From Eledone cirrhosa (taxonomy: Eukaryota): a DNA stretch of 64,000 nt. Position 1 is the stretch's first letter; every line of letters begins with the position of its first letter. Shown one piece after another: positions 12,986-26,023 of this stretch. The notes beneath the pieces are model-generated. The model searched no databases and was not told the DNA's origin. It worked only from the letters and a program-made list of their open reading frames with translations. The position numbers and the translations under genes are program-made. The DNA lies in the NCBI GenBank assembly GCA_964016885.1, contig OZ024743.1, positions 107,756,001 through 107,820,000 on the forward strand, in the 5' to 3' direction.

Positions 12986-13538
12986 TGTGGAAAATATGGG
13001 GAGAAGAATACTGCATGGCTGCACATGGATAACATGTTATAAAATGAGTCCATCATCAGTGATTTGCCAACGGTCATTGGTATTTCATTGCATTAAAAAT
13101 CATATACGTCACGTTGGTGCAATAATAACTAAAATAAGTTATTAGGACAATTAAAACGCGTAAAGCGAGTGAGACAAGTAAACAACACAGGGGAAAGCTA
13201 ACCGAAGATAGGAAGAAACACAAGCTACATAGTTATTCTATCAGTATAAGCTGGGTGAATTTATGAGCGAGTAAGAAATAGACCTTTCGCGATGAATCCG
13301 ATGCAAGAAAGAAGGAAAATCGTTTTCGCAGCGAACGGGGGGCGAGAGTGAGAAGGGGAGAAACAGTGAGTGAGTGAGTGGAAGTGCGAGGAAGAGGTCA
13401 GTAGAGAGTAAGTGTTAACTGACATGACAGAGGGGACGAAAGAAAGTAAGAGAAACAGAGAGAACGAGGGAGCAGTAAGAGAGAGAGATAGAAAAACAGA
13501 ATCGCAGTTTAGGTAAATATATGTGAAAAATATGTATA

Positions 13539-13629
<91 letters not shown>

Positions 13630-14789
13630 GTATATATATAGAGAGAGATAGGGGGTGGGGCGGTGAAATGGTACGGTCGTTCGTTCCGGCTCTGTGGTTC
13701 TCTGAGTTGAAATACCGCTGAGGTGAACTTTTCCGGCATCTATTCTCGGTTAATGAAACATATACCAGTCTAGTACTGTGCTCGATTTTTCCTCTATATC
13801 TCTTTCTCACTTCCTTTCTCTCACTTGCTATCGTTCTCTGGAAGAAATCTGCTGCATTCAGACATGGAAAGGTAGGCTTTACTAATATGGCGCCTCTACG
13901 ACTCCATAAGAATTTACGGGAAAAAAAAGAAAGAAAAGGGTTCGATTTCCGGTGTTGCTTTGTGTACTTGAATAAACCAATTCTGTTGATCAAACAACTA
14001 GATCATCCAACGTCGAAATTGACGAATGATCAATAATACATGCATGTGTATTATGTGTATGTGTTTGTCTATGTTTCTGTGTGTGTGTATGTATGTGTGT
14101 GTCAGTGTGTATCTATATGCGGATAGATCTCCATTAGTTTTGACAATCAGAGATCTATCCGTATATAGAAATTAACGCGTAAATGGGTGGGCATACAAAT
14201 TATACATGTACTCTAAACTTGATCACGATGTAGGGTAGCACAACATCGATAAAATTGACACATTGTACGACAGGTACAGTCCATTTTTCCGTATCCCCGC
14301 AGTATATATAAATATTTCAGTTAATATAAAAAAAAACTTTAATGCACACCTGTATATATTTATAATTCCATGGAATACAAATACTGTATAAATTGAACAT
14401 TTTTGGTAACAAAACATACAGCAACCTGATATTTGGGATAAATAGTCGCAAAAACTAGGTAGACCTCGACTAAATTGGTAAGTTATCCTATGCATTTTGT
14501 TCGTAAAAATACACCTAATAATATAGAAATTGTGAGCTGCCTACTATATAGCTGATATCTCAAAATGGTTTGCCATGTATATATATATATGATATGTGTG
14601 TGTGTGTGTGTGCGTGTATTCATGTGTGACTGAACATATATATATGTGTGTGTGTGTGTGTATGTGTCTGTCTGTGAGTGTGTGTGTATATATGCGTGTA
14701 TTCATGTGTGACTGAATATATATATGTCTGTGTGCGTGTGCGTGTCTGTGAGTGTGTGTGTATGTATGCGTGTATTCATGTGTGAGTGA

Positions 14790-14827
<38 letters not shown>

Positions 14828-14976
14828 ATGTGTGTGTGTCTGTGACTGTGTATGTAACCATTGTATATTTGCTTTCTTAACCGTGACTGTTCAAAGATGA
14901 TGTATTTCAGATTTCAAGTGCATTATTTATTTTATTTGTGGCGGTTTATTTTGTGGCGGTTTATTTATTTTATTAA

Positions 14977-15164
14977 GGGCGGTGGATTGGCAGTATCGGT
15001 AGAGGGTCGGACGCCATGCTTTCCAGCATAGTTACGTCCCTTTACGATCTGAGTTCAAATTCCGCCGAGGTTGACTTTGCCTTTCATCCTTACGGGGTCA
15101 ATAAAATAAAGTACCAGTAATGCACTGGGTAATTGCTGGCCTTGTGCCTAAAGTAGAAACAATT
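14977..15164 (+). mobile_element. tRNA-derived SINE, full length, 19-bp TSD
   Basis: A-box-like TGGCAGTATCGG, B-box GAGTTCAAATTCC; TSD ATTATTTATTTTATTTGTG at 14922-14940 and 15162-15180. Confidence 0.9.
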
Positions 15165-16551
15165 ATTTATTTTATTTGTGTTTAGTTGTTATTTATATTT
15201 ATATTCCTTTTAGTGTTTATCTTTATTTGTTACAATGCATCTATCTATCTTTCTTTTCTGCCTTCTCCCTATAGTTCTTTTTCTCTTTCATTTTCCGTTT
15301 TAGTAACGTATTTGGTAGATTCTTTTTTCAACATCATATTTCATCTACCCCCGTGTCCCTCTCTCACTCTTCTCTCTCACTCACTCTTTCCTCACGTCCT
15401 CTATGTCCTAAAATGTCCATACATCTCACGGTTCATATTTTAAAACCATTATGAATTTTCTGATCTAAAATTATATCACTCTTTTCCTGTTTCTCTCTAT
15501 CTTCGTTTGACTTTCATTTTCCATCTTTACTCTCTCTTCGTCTTCATCGATCTTTATTTTCACCTTTCTTTATCATTTTTCTCTTCTCTTTATCTACTTA
15601 TTATACTCTTTTTTTTACTGTCAAAATACCAGCTGGTATTTTTATCGTATATTACAACCAAAGAAAGCAAAACGTAAACAAAAAACCATAAATATATAAA
15701 CGAAAATAAAATAAAATATTAAAAACACCAAAGCAAAACAAAACATATCATTGACCATTACAAACGAAAGTGTATCACAGCTTGTTCCAAATTAAGAACA
15801 TTAGATGAGAAAAAACAGGAATTATTTCCTAAGGATCCGAAGATCCAGGGAACGTCATATATCTAAAGAATACGAAGGCAAATCACTTCTATTTGCCACT
15901 TGGCAGGTTTTGAATACTAGATAGAAGAATCACGCTGAGAATTGGATATTGATAGTAGGCAGAAACTGCGGGTGGTGCATGTTACATCTATTCAGAATGA
16001 CGATGCAGGTAACTTTTTGATGAGATCATATCGCAAAATGAAACAAAGAAAGTGTACTGATTTGCCTGAGAAAACTATCTGAGAAAATTCTGACCATTCT
16101 TCATATTTTCATATTCTAATATTCGTAGATACTGAGATGTTGAGTTCGAAAATAAAGGACTAGATTACTGTTGAAAGAAAAAGTACTGCACAGCTCTTCT
16201 TTGAAAAGGACTGAAATACAAAACAAGGTGTCAATATGGATAAACATATGTATAATTGTACACAGAGGTATTCTACAGCCAGCACAGATACTAACACAAG
16301 CATATATAGTGAAATTCATCTATAAATATAGTTATCTATATGAATAGGTATGTATATATTTATGTATGTATATATGCATGTATGTATATCTCTATATATA
16401 TATACATGCATATATACATGTTCATAAATATGCATGTATATGCATCACATATAGCTATATATATATATGTGTGTGTGTCTGTGTGTGTATATATCAACCC
16501 GGAATAACTTATATATATATATATATATATATTGATATTAGTTAATTACGC

Positions 16552-16583
<32 letters not shown>

Positions 16584-16600
16584 ACATATATGTATATATA

Positions 16601-16667
<67 letters not shown>

Positions 16668-16668
<1 letters not shown>

Positions 16669-17161
16669 TAGAGTGTGGCTGGAAGGAAACTCCCTATTGA
16701 ATATAACTTATAATTTATAGTCTACAGTGAACACTTGAAACAACACACAGGCCTCATATTCATGCAAGATGGGACCCATATTCAATTAGCACGCACTGAA
16801 CCTGAATGTCTTCATGTCCAATTTCCAGATTGTTTGTTGAGCAGTGGATGTTCAAAAGAAAGGCCTACAAGAAGCCCTGATTTAATGCCTTGCGAATTTT
16901 TTTTTGTGGGTATCAAGGAAGGATAAATTATAGTTTAAAATCATGAAGTGTGACTTCAGGAACGCACTTTTCATGTACTGAGGAAAATTCTGCTTGAATT
17001 CCTAATGAAGTCAGTCCAGGATATACCTAGATAATTACAACCACTGGTGCACAACGCTGGGACTTATGTAGAATTTTGAAACTAGAATACCTGTTACCGT
17101 AATACTGTTCTGAATAAAGCATTTTTTTTTGTAAATCCAATAATAATTAATCTCTTTCCCC

Positions 17162-17168
<7 letters not shown>
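16668..17168 (+). mobile_element. Internally deleted Tc1/mariner relic (DD41D/rosa-type spacing)
   Basis: ORF 16735-16926 FMQDG...RPTRSPDLMPCEFFFVG resembles FQQDGA...WPPRSPDLTPCDFFLWG with 41 residues between the 2nd and 3rd acidic positions; imperfect TIR-like ends TATAG(A/G)GTG within TA tracts. Confidence 0.7.
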
Positions 17169-17246
<78 letters not shown>

Positions 17247-17248
<2 letters not shown>

Positions 17249-17372
17249 AGAAATAGCTGTCGAAACGGCTTGAGCTCTGCCGGCGGGGTTAAATATCTTC
17301 CTATAGAGTGGGTAATAGAAAAATGTTTAATCCCGACGGCAGAGCTCAGGCCGTTTCGACAGGTATTTCTGG
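17247..17372. repeat. Family A inverted pair, heads facing outward
   Basis: CCAGAAATAGCTGTCGAAACGGC... mirrored by ...GCCGTTTCGACAGGTATTTCTGG; flanks (TG)n and (CA)n are mirrored too. Confidence 0.8.
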
Positions 17373-17386
17373 ACACACACACACAA

Positions 17387-17478
<92 letters not shown>

Positions 17479-17481
<3 letters not shown>

Positions 17482-17590
17482 AGTAAGTAAGACCCCGACG
17501 GCTGAGCTCAAGCCGTTTCGACGGCTAATTCTGTATTGAGTACTTTGGTGCGTTATGGTCCACCTGGTTCCTTACCACTTTTCCTTCGCT
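17479..17590. mobile_element. Family A element: inverted 5' part joined to forward 3' part
   Basis: 17479-17532 is the reverse complement of the family A head; 17533-17590 is the tail GTATTGAGTACT...TTCCTTCG; TA tracts on both sides. Confidence 0.75.
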
Positions 17591-17616
17591 ATATATATAT
17601 ATATATATATATATAC

Positions 17617-17830
17617 AAATAAAATGATCGAGAATCGAAACTTCGGCCCACGAAATAACGAAAAACAATCTCCGAAATGTGCGGCAAATTGCTCAATGGT
17701 TCGGATGAACCAGAGCTATAACTAACGTTTAATACCAAACACACTGAGACGATGTTTAAGCAATCATTCGCACAGCAAAAAAATACGATCAAGTAATTCG
17801 GGTCAAACAAATAAAAATATACATGATTGA

Positions 17831-17835
<5 letters not shown>
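17617..17835 (-). repeat. Diverged single fragment of the 616-bp tandem-unit family
   Basis: About 70% identity by eye to ~22710-22919, e.g. AGTTATAGCTCTG(G/A)TTCATC(C/T)GAA..ATTGAGC; ends at the same position against (TA)n. Confidence 0.75.
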
Positions 17836-17879
<44 letters not shown>

Positions 17880-17881
<2 letters not shown>

Positions 17882-19330
17882 GATGGCTGCAAACTCTGCT
17901 AAGAGTATTGCAATCGCTTGTCAGATTCAGATGTATGACGCTCAGATATGGCTTCTCAAGCCTGCTAGAGACTTGCACACCTTCGCACACTGACGACAAC
18001 TGTGGAACTCCCTGGCCTGAAGTATTGCATCAGGCTGCTTGTGAACCCTCACAACACCGTGGAGATCATAGTTCACTGGTTCTCTTTGAACATGCCTGCG
18101 AATGTGGCTCCTAAGACCAAATTTTTATCAAGCAATTTTCTCCACACTCAGGGCACTTCAATTCAATGGAAACACCGATCGTTTCGAGAGATACACCAGG
18201 GTATTGCTTATGCACAACCCGTTTGATTTTCCCGTGCTCTATGTGTCTGTCCTAAAAACTATGGACCCCATCATTCACCATTCCACGCCAAGTTTCTCTT
18301 TCAAGGGCTTCTATCTCTCAGTCAGCCATCATCAAACCAGTTTTTTTTCAATGAGTCCTTTACACAATCCTTGAATCGGAGCCTTGGCTTGTGAGGTGGT
18401 GTCTTACCCTCACAAAGCTCACCATAGAAAGGTTGTTTTGGGATTCGATCACCCTCCATTCTGCAGAGGTGTCCGGTCCATCGCAAACGCCGTTGGTGAA
18501 TGATACTCTCATCTCAATGCTCCGTCACTCACTTCTCTCAAAGACCTCAAAATCACTCACGAGCATCTTTCTGAGACCCTGCTGCTGAAATCGTTCCAGT
18601 TTTTAGATATGTTGTTTGTAGGCAACTCATGTCTTACACGTATACAGCAAAGCTGACAGTACAAATGCAGCATACACTCTCAGATTGGTCCTCGTTGTAA
18701 TTCCTCCCCTGTACCAAAGAGAGTCGCTGAGCCTTCCAAAATGACTCACTTGCCTTACTAACACGTAGACCAACTTCTGCATCCAGAGAGCCGGTCAGAC
18801 TCAGAGTACTTCCCAAATACACAAATATGTCAGCAGACTTCAGTGTTCATTGAAAACTTTATCCGGAGCAGGTTGGTACATGACGACATTCTTCTTCAGA
18901 CTGATTGTCAGTCCCAACAAACTGCACGCATTTGAAAAAGAATATATAAGGTGTTACATGTCACACTGAGAGTGTGGACAGAGATCACAATCATCTGAAT
19001 AAAAATTGTCTGGTGAAGGTATTCAGTACCATAGTGTTGGCAGTGAGAAGCCTGAGGTTAAACAGCTTGCCGGAAGTGCGATATCTGAGATACATACCGT
19101 GTTGACAATTCTTGAAGGCCATGAAGAACACCATTGCGAAATATAAGGCAAACAAAGTTGGTGCAGGTATATCACCTTGCTTGACACTATTTTCAACCTA
19201 GATTTGCTCAGACAGTTTATCTCCACTATGCCTGCATGTCATCGAGGAAGAGTTTCAGTATGTTCATAAACTTTTCAGGACAGCCCAATCTCTCCAAATT
19301 AAACCACAAAGCCTTCCGATTTATGTTGTC
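17880..19330 (-). mobile_element. RTE-clade LINE fragment, degenerate
   Basis: YLGSTLSLTGSLDAEVGLRVSKAS; pieces of WTGHL..ME.DRIPKQ.FYGEL and KPRLRFKD on the minus strand; many frameshifts. Confidence 0.8.
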
Positions 19331-19879
19331 TCATATAATATTTTATGCGTCATGTGCACAGTTGCGTGAGTGTGTGGATATGTAGGTATTCATCAAGTAT
19401 GTGCTTTTTTTGAGATGTATGAGCATGCCCATGTATCTATGTGTGTGCACGCACATATGCGTACATGCATGTGTATGCATGTCTGGTTGGATGTATTTGT
19501 ATGAACATGCCTGTGTAAATGTATGCATATGTATGTGTAGATCCAACATTTTTTCATCTGTATATATGTGCAGCGTCTTAAATATATATGCTTTCGTGAG
19601 TGCAGTATGTGTAGATATGTGTATAGATATGTGTATATTTATCAAAAATATCTTTGAAATAACTTTTTTGAAAGGTTCTTTCAAGTATTCTTTTAAAAAC
19701 GTTCTTTTTATAGTATATTTGTTGAAATATGTGTTTTTAAAGGTATTTTGAGGGTGTGTTTTTCTGAAACGTTCTTTTAAATGTTCTTCCATTTTCTAAA
19801 AAAATTATTTTTAATTATTCGCGGCGCATTCAATATTTACCGTGATTGTCGCATAATACAGTTGCAGGTGTAGTATGTT

Positions 19880-20250
19880 ATCGCTGTGGGTGTATAGGTG
19901 CCCATACGTATCCCGCCTGCGAGAAACATGGACGTTTACAGGTTGGGAAGGCTTCGTCAGGGCGCGAGTGGTTCAATCATACAACCCCGTACCTCCCACA
20001 GTAGTAATTCCGATATAAGAAACAAGTTTGTTTGACAAGTGGCAAATGAAAGGAACCAAATATATGACGGCCATAAGTGGCCAAAAATACCGATGACGTG
20101 TGCAATTCTTGACCACTCATCGAAAGACAACAACAGGATTTAAGCCGCCAAATGAAGGTCGCGGGTGTAACCGGACATTTGGAAACTCTGCTTCGTAGAA
20201 TGGAGAAGTATCTGTGGATCTGTCGATTTCAGAGTCAGGTACGATAATTA
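19880..20250 (+). mobile_element. Possible LINE 5' UTR and start of AP endonuclease, very decayed
   Basis: GHLETLLRRMEKY..VDL.ISE near 20173-20240 resembles an APE N-terminus; no intact frame. Confidence 0.3.
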
Positions 20251-20333
20251 CATCGATTGTGTCTATATCTGATCGACAGAGAAACGATTGTAATATGTCT
20301 AATGAATTTTATTCGTCGCAACACTGATTCTCC

Positions 20334-20394
<61 letters not shown>

Positions 20395-20494
20395 TACGAT
20401 ATTAAACAAATGGAAACTATATTTATAAAACCATATTTATTTCATTATACATATTTCGGGGATACCATATTAATTCCGATATATATATAAATAA

Positions 20495-20535
<41 letters not shown>

Positions 20536-20556
20536 TATATATATATATATATATAT

Positions 20557-20604
<48 letters not shown>

Positions 20605-20608
<4 letters not shown>

Positions 20609-22912
20609 TTCGCGGATGTAGAGGTTATCTCCCTTGTCTAATGCCATGTGCGTTTTTCACTGGTGGTTAGCCCCTTATCCGCTAGGAAAAAAGCTCGTTG
20701 AGAAAGTAAACTCCGTTCCTCTTGCTCTAGTAGGCTTTTATATTTATATGTGAGCTGATAGAGTACAGTCTAAGGATTTACAGAAACCCAAGAAGCTAGA
20801 TTTAACACCTTTCTAGAGGGTCCGGGTATGATTTTACATTCATTTAAATTATTGATGTATTGTTTTATTGATATTTTTTATCTGTTTGTCCCGAATCTTC
20901 TATTATCGATTTTTTATCGTATGGTTGATTGTAGACTTGTTCTATATGTGACGGTATTTTAACGATAGTTATAGCTCTGATTCATCTGAATTATTGAGCC
21001 CTCTGCCGCTCATTTCGAATTTTGTTTATCGTGAACTCGTGCGCCGATTTTTCGATACTCGATCTTTCTAATATTTTTAGCTCTGGACATAGCTATCCAC
21101 CAGTTAATTTTATTGCTATTTTTTTGTCGATTCTATTGAGTGATGAATAGCTTTTGTTTTATTTTAATATGTCTATTGAGCACTCTTATTCGATATGTGT
21201 ATTTCCACATTCCCTCGAATAGTTTTCGCGGATGTAGAGGTTATCTCCCTTGTCTAATGCCATGTGCGTTTTTCACTGGTGGTTAGCCCCTTATCCGCTA
21301 GGAAAAAAGCTCGTTGAGAAAGTAAACTCCGTTCCTCTTGCTCTAGTAGGCTTTTATATTTATATGTGAGCTGATAGAGTACAGTCTAAGGATTTACAGA
21401 AACCCAAGAAGCTAGATTTAACACCTTTCTAGAGGGTCCGGGTATGATTTTACATTCATTTAAATTATTGATGTATTGTTTTATTGATATTCTTTATCTG
21501 TTTGTCCCGAATCTTCTATTATCGATTTTTTATCGTATGGTTGATTGTAGACTTGTTCTATATGTGACGGTATTTTAACGATAGTTATAGCTCTGATTCA
21601 TCTGAATTATTGAGCCCTCTGCCGCTCATTTCGAATTTTGTTTATCGTGAACTCGTGCGCCGATTTTTCGATACTCGATCTTTCTAATATTTTTAGCTCT
21701 GGACATAGCTATCCACCAGTTAATTTTATTGCTCATTTTTTGTCGATTCTATTGAGTGATGAATAGCTTTTGTTTTATTTTAACATGTCTATTGAGCACT
21801 CTTATTCGATATGTGTATTTCGACATTCCCTCGAATAGTTTTCGCGGATGTAGAGGTTATCTCCCTTGTCTAATGGATTGTGCGTTTTTCACTGGTGGTT
21901 AGCCCCTTATCCGCTAGGAAAAAAGCTCGTTGAGAAAGTAAACTCCGTTCCTCTTGCTCTAGTAGGCTTTTATATTTATATGTGAGCTGATAGAGTACAG
22001 TCTAAGGATTTACAGAAACCCAAGAAGCTAGATTTAACACCTTTCTAGTGGGTCCGGGTATGATTTTACATTCATTTAAATTATTGATGTATTGTTTTAT
22101 TGATATTTTTTATCTGTTTGTCCCGAATCTTCTATTATCGATTTTTTATCGTATGGTTGATTGTAGACTTGTTCTATATGTGACGGTATTTTAACGATAG
22201 TTATAGCTCTGATTCATCTGAATTATTGAGCCCTCTGCCGCTCATTTCGAATTTTGTTTATCGTGAACTCGTGCGCCGATTTTTCGATACTCGATCTTTC
22301 TAATATTTTTAGCTCTGGACATAGCTATCCACCAGTTAATTTTATTGCTCATTTTTTGTCGATTCTATTGAGTGATGAATAGCTTTCGTTTTATTTTAAC
22401 ATGTCTATTGAGCACTCTTATTCGATATGTGTATTTCCACATTCCCTCGAATAGTTTTCGCGGATGTAGAGGTTATCTCCCTTGTCTAATGCCATGTGCG
22501 TTTTTCACTGGTGGTTAGCCCCTTATCCGCTAGGAAAAAAGCTCGTTGAGAAAGTAAACTCCGTTCCTCTTGCTCTAGTAGGCTTTTATATTTATATGTG
22601 AGCTGATAGAGTACAGTCTAAGGATTTACAGAAACCCAAGAAGCTAGATTTAACACCTTTCTAGAGGGTCCGGGTATGATTTTACATTCATTTAAATTAT
22701 TGATGTATTGTTTTATTGATATTTTTTATCTGTTTGTCCCGAATCTTCTATTATCGATTTTTTATCGTATGGTTGATTGTAGACTTGTTCTATATGCGAC
22801 GGTATTTTAACGATAGTTATAGCTCTGATTCATCTGAATTATTGAGCCCTCTGCCGCTCATTTCGAATTTTGTTTATCGTGAACTCGTGCGCCGATTTTT
22901 CGATACTCGATC

Positions 22913-22919
<7 letters not shown>
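20605..22919 (+). repeat. Tandem array of a 616-bp unit, 3.76 copies, ~99% identical, inside a (TA)n tract
   Basis: Unit start AGTTTTCGCGGATG at 20605, 21221, 21837 and 22453; the last unit is truncated at 22919. Confidence 0.97.
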
Positions 22920-22980
<61 letters not shown>

Positions 22981-22984
<4 letters not shown>

Positions 22985-23350
22985 AAAAGAATGACTTCAC
23001 TTGTAGTTTTAAACAATTTAATTTAATTTTATGATATTATAATATTATAATTTTACAATTTGGTTTCGTAGATCTAGTAAGATCTTTGTTAACTTCGTTG
23101 CGGAAATGTTTAAAGATTCCTGGTTAACTTTCCTAGAGAACGTTCTCTCCTTCATCGGTGGCGCCCACTTTGACAATGACAACCGACGTATGTGAAAAAT
23201 TTCTCCAGGAAAGTTAACCAGGAATCTTTAAAACGTATCCCCATCGAAATAAACGAAGAAATTATTAGATCTTCAAAACCAAATTGTAAAATTATAATAT
23301 AATATTAAATTAAATTGTTTAGAACTACAAGTGAAGTCATTATTTTGCTC
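22981..23350. repeat. Family C imperfect fold-back (arms ~150-170 bp)
   Basis: ATGACTTCACTTGTAGTT...GATTCCTGGTTAACTTTCCT mirrored by AGGAAAGTTAACCAGGAATC...AACTACAAGTGAAGTCAT. Confidence 0.85.
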
Positions 23351-23454
23351 TTTTTACATATACCCAACGGTACCAAGGATTCCACACATTTTCTAATGTA
23401 TGAGTCAGAGCGCGTATGTATGAGTGTATATATATATATATATATATGTATATC

Positions 23455-25879
23455 CTCAAACACTACCCCGACCTTCGCCCCTCCCCCATTCCCTCCACCC
23501 CCACCCTCCTTCGCCACGCCGAGCTGGTCGTCACCATCAATTGTTTCTCCTTCTCGGGTGAGTTTTACCAACAGGTCACGGGGGTAGCCACGGGTACAAG
23601 AATGGGCCCGAACTATGCCAACCTTTTTGTTGGCCATGTTGAGGCCCAAATCTTTGCCCAGTACACCGGCCCCACGCCCGAACTGTACGGTCGTTACATT
23701 GACGACTGTATCGGAGCAACGACCCTCACCCGAGAACAGCTCGACTCTTTTCTCTCCTTCTTCTGCTCCTTCCACCCCTCCCTCCACTTCACCACCTCTA
23801 TCTCCACCACCCACGTCCACTTCTTAGACATCTCCGTCGCCTTCGACCCGTCCCACCCCTCCCTCGTCACCTCCGCCTTCTTCAAATCCACCGACTCCCA
23901 CTCTTACCTCGACTTCACCTATTCCCACCCCACCCACACTAAACACTCCATTCCCTACTCCCAACTTCTCAGGATCCGCCGCCTCTGTAGCCGAGATGGT
24001 GACTTCGAGTCCCAGGCCCTTTCCCTAGTCAGCCATTTCATCCGCAGAGGTTACCCCCCCTCTCTCGTCCACACCGCTCTCACCCGCGCCCGTGCTGTCC
24101 CCCGCTCCACCACCCTCACCCCACGCCACCGCACACCCACCCACCGTCTCCCCTTCCCCATCACCTACCACCCCTCCACCTTACCACTCCACGGCACCAT
24201 CCGCCGCCTCTTCCGACGCCTCCAGTCCGACCCCTTCACCTCCCACATCTTCCCAACCCCACCACTCCCCTCCTTCAAACGCGCACGCAATATCCGCACC
24301 CTCTTCGTCCACAGCTCCCAACCCCCCAACCCACGCTTTGTTTCCCCCCCGGTTCCTTTCCCTGTTCTAGGCCCCGCTGCAACACCTGTCCCCACATCAC
24401 CAACACCACCACCTTCCAGGGTCCCAACGGCCACTCTCTCTCGGTCCGGCATGCCTTCCGCTGCACCTCCTCCAACCCAGTTTACGGACTTCGCTGTCGG
24501 ACAGACGGGACGTCGCCTGGCGGACCGATTCACTGAGCACCTCCGGGATATTCGTCTCGGTGGTAGTTCCCCCATCGCCCGCCACTTTGGTGGCCCTGGA
24601 CATTCCGCACGCCATCTCACAGTCTGTGGCCTACTCCAATGCCACGGAACACCCGCCAATCGCCTTAGAGTCGAACAAAGAACTATCTTCATCTTACAGA
24701 CCCACACTCCCCCCGGCCTGAACTCCCCACCCTTATTCCTTTAGCATTCGACTTTCCCCTCCCCCCACACTTACCCCCCACTAACACCACTAACACCCAT
24801 TCATCAAACTACACACACACCAGTACACCACACTCCCTCCATAGAACTACACACACCCTTCTCTCCCCGCTCCACCCACACCCTCGCTCCACACTCACTC
24901 ATCCCACTAACACCTCTACTAATACACACACACACACCCTCCTCACTCCAACTTTCACACCTACCCATCCTCGCCCCTTTACCATTCCACTGACTGCTGC
25001 TATGCCCTCTGACCACCTCCCAGCACAAACAGACATACAGTACTCCCACTGCTTGACCACTTTCTGTTGCGCGCACACCCCACATCTCTCCTCTGCCGAC
25101 CATCTCTTCATGGAATACTCTTATGTGGAACTTGACCACCACAGAATCCACTAAACATCATAGGATTTTACCAACTTTTCAACCATCCTCTTACGGAATC
25201 ATCTATATAACTCACCGACACACACACCCCCAAAATTGTTTTCCTGCACACGCCACCTACACCCACAACACGCTTATACCCCACACACACGTGCTTTCCA
25301 CCACATATTTACACCCTAAGCCTCCTGATTCCTCTCCCCCACCCCTCTATCCACACACGCACATACACTCCGACCTGCAACCCCCCCCCCCACACCTCTT
25401 CCTGAACATGCAACCCCGTTCTTCTCCCAACCCTTACTTTCACATACACACACACACACGTACACCTACACACACACACCACCTTCAGCCCTCCCCGGTC
25501 GGACACCCCGCCTCCCTCTCCCCACTCCACCCACCACCACCCCTACACACCCCACACCCTTCCACCACCTGTTTTACCCCCCTTTTAATTTCAGTTTATT
25601 TTGATCCTACTTTTATATTTAAATTATTTCATTCCTTGTATTTTGATCATGCTTTATTTTTATTTTTATTTTTAATTTCATTCTCACCGTTTCCTTTCGC
25701 TATATGTCTCTCCACCACTCCCCTACACACCCTTTGAACTCTGTTCCCACACACTTCTCACCTGAGGAAGGGCTTATGCCCGAAAAGTCGTTCCCCACCA
25801 CCACCCCACTCTCCAGAGCGTGAAATTAATAAACATCCGTTGTACTGCCTCTCTGTTTTGTTCCTGTTCAAATTTTTCC

Positions 25880-25881
<2 letters not shown>
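23455..25881 (+). mobile_element. Neptune-type Penelope-like element, 5'-truncated copy 1
   Basis: QQVTGVATGTRMGPNYANLF, RYIDD, HFLDI, SHSYL..SHP..TKHSIPYSQ; GIY-YIG region has a deletion at ~24493; long C-rich 3' region; ends at (TA)n. Confidence 0.95.
25759..25791 (+). ncRNA. Minimal hammerhead motif (decayed copy)
   Basis: CUGAGGA-A-GGGC(UUAU)GCCC-GAAA-AGUC; stem-III palindrome ACGU mutated to AAGU. Confidence 0.65.
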
Positions 25882-25970
<89 letters not shown>

Positions 25971-26023
25971 GTGTATATATCAATGATATTAATAAATGGA
26001 AACTATAATTATAAAACCATATT

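Noticed and set aside
13690-13876. Possible host first exon ending ATGGAAAG|GTAGGC, with a candidate next exon at ~15907-16008
   Set aside because: Splice-like signals only; the downstream candidate has stops in all three frames. Needs RNA-seq.
17620-17740. Peptide SYSSGSSEPLSNLPHISEIV and its array counterpart, loosely resembling the cytochrome b N-terminus (NUMT?)
   Set aside because: Differences between the two homologs are mostly non-synonymous and the conserved cyt b residues (W, H-A-N-G) are absent; conservation fits RNA structure better.
19895-19970. HDV-like ribozyme at a putative RTE 5' end
   Set aside because: I could not build the nested double pseudoknot by eye.
20605-22919. CRISPR array or rDNA/snRNA tandem
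   Set aside because: No unique spacers, no cas genes, eukaryotic context; I recognise no 5S, U-snRNA or SL sequence in the unit.
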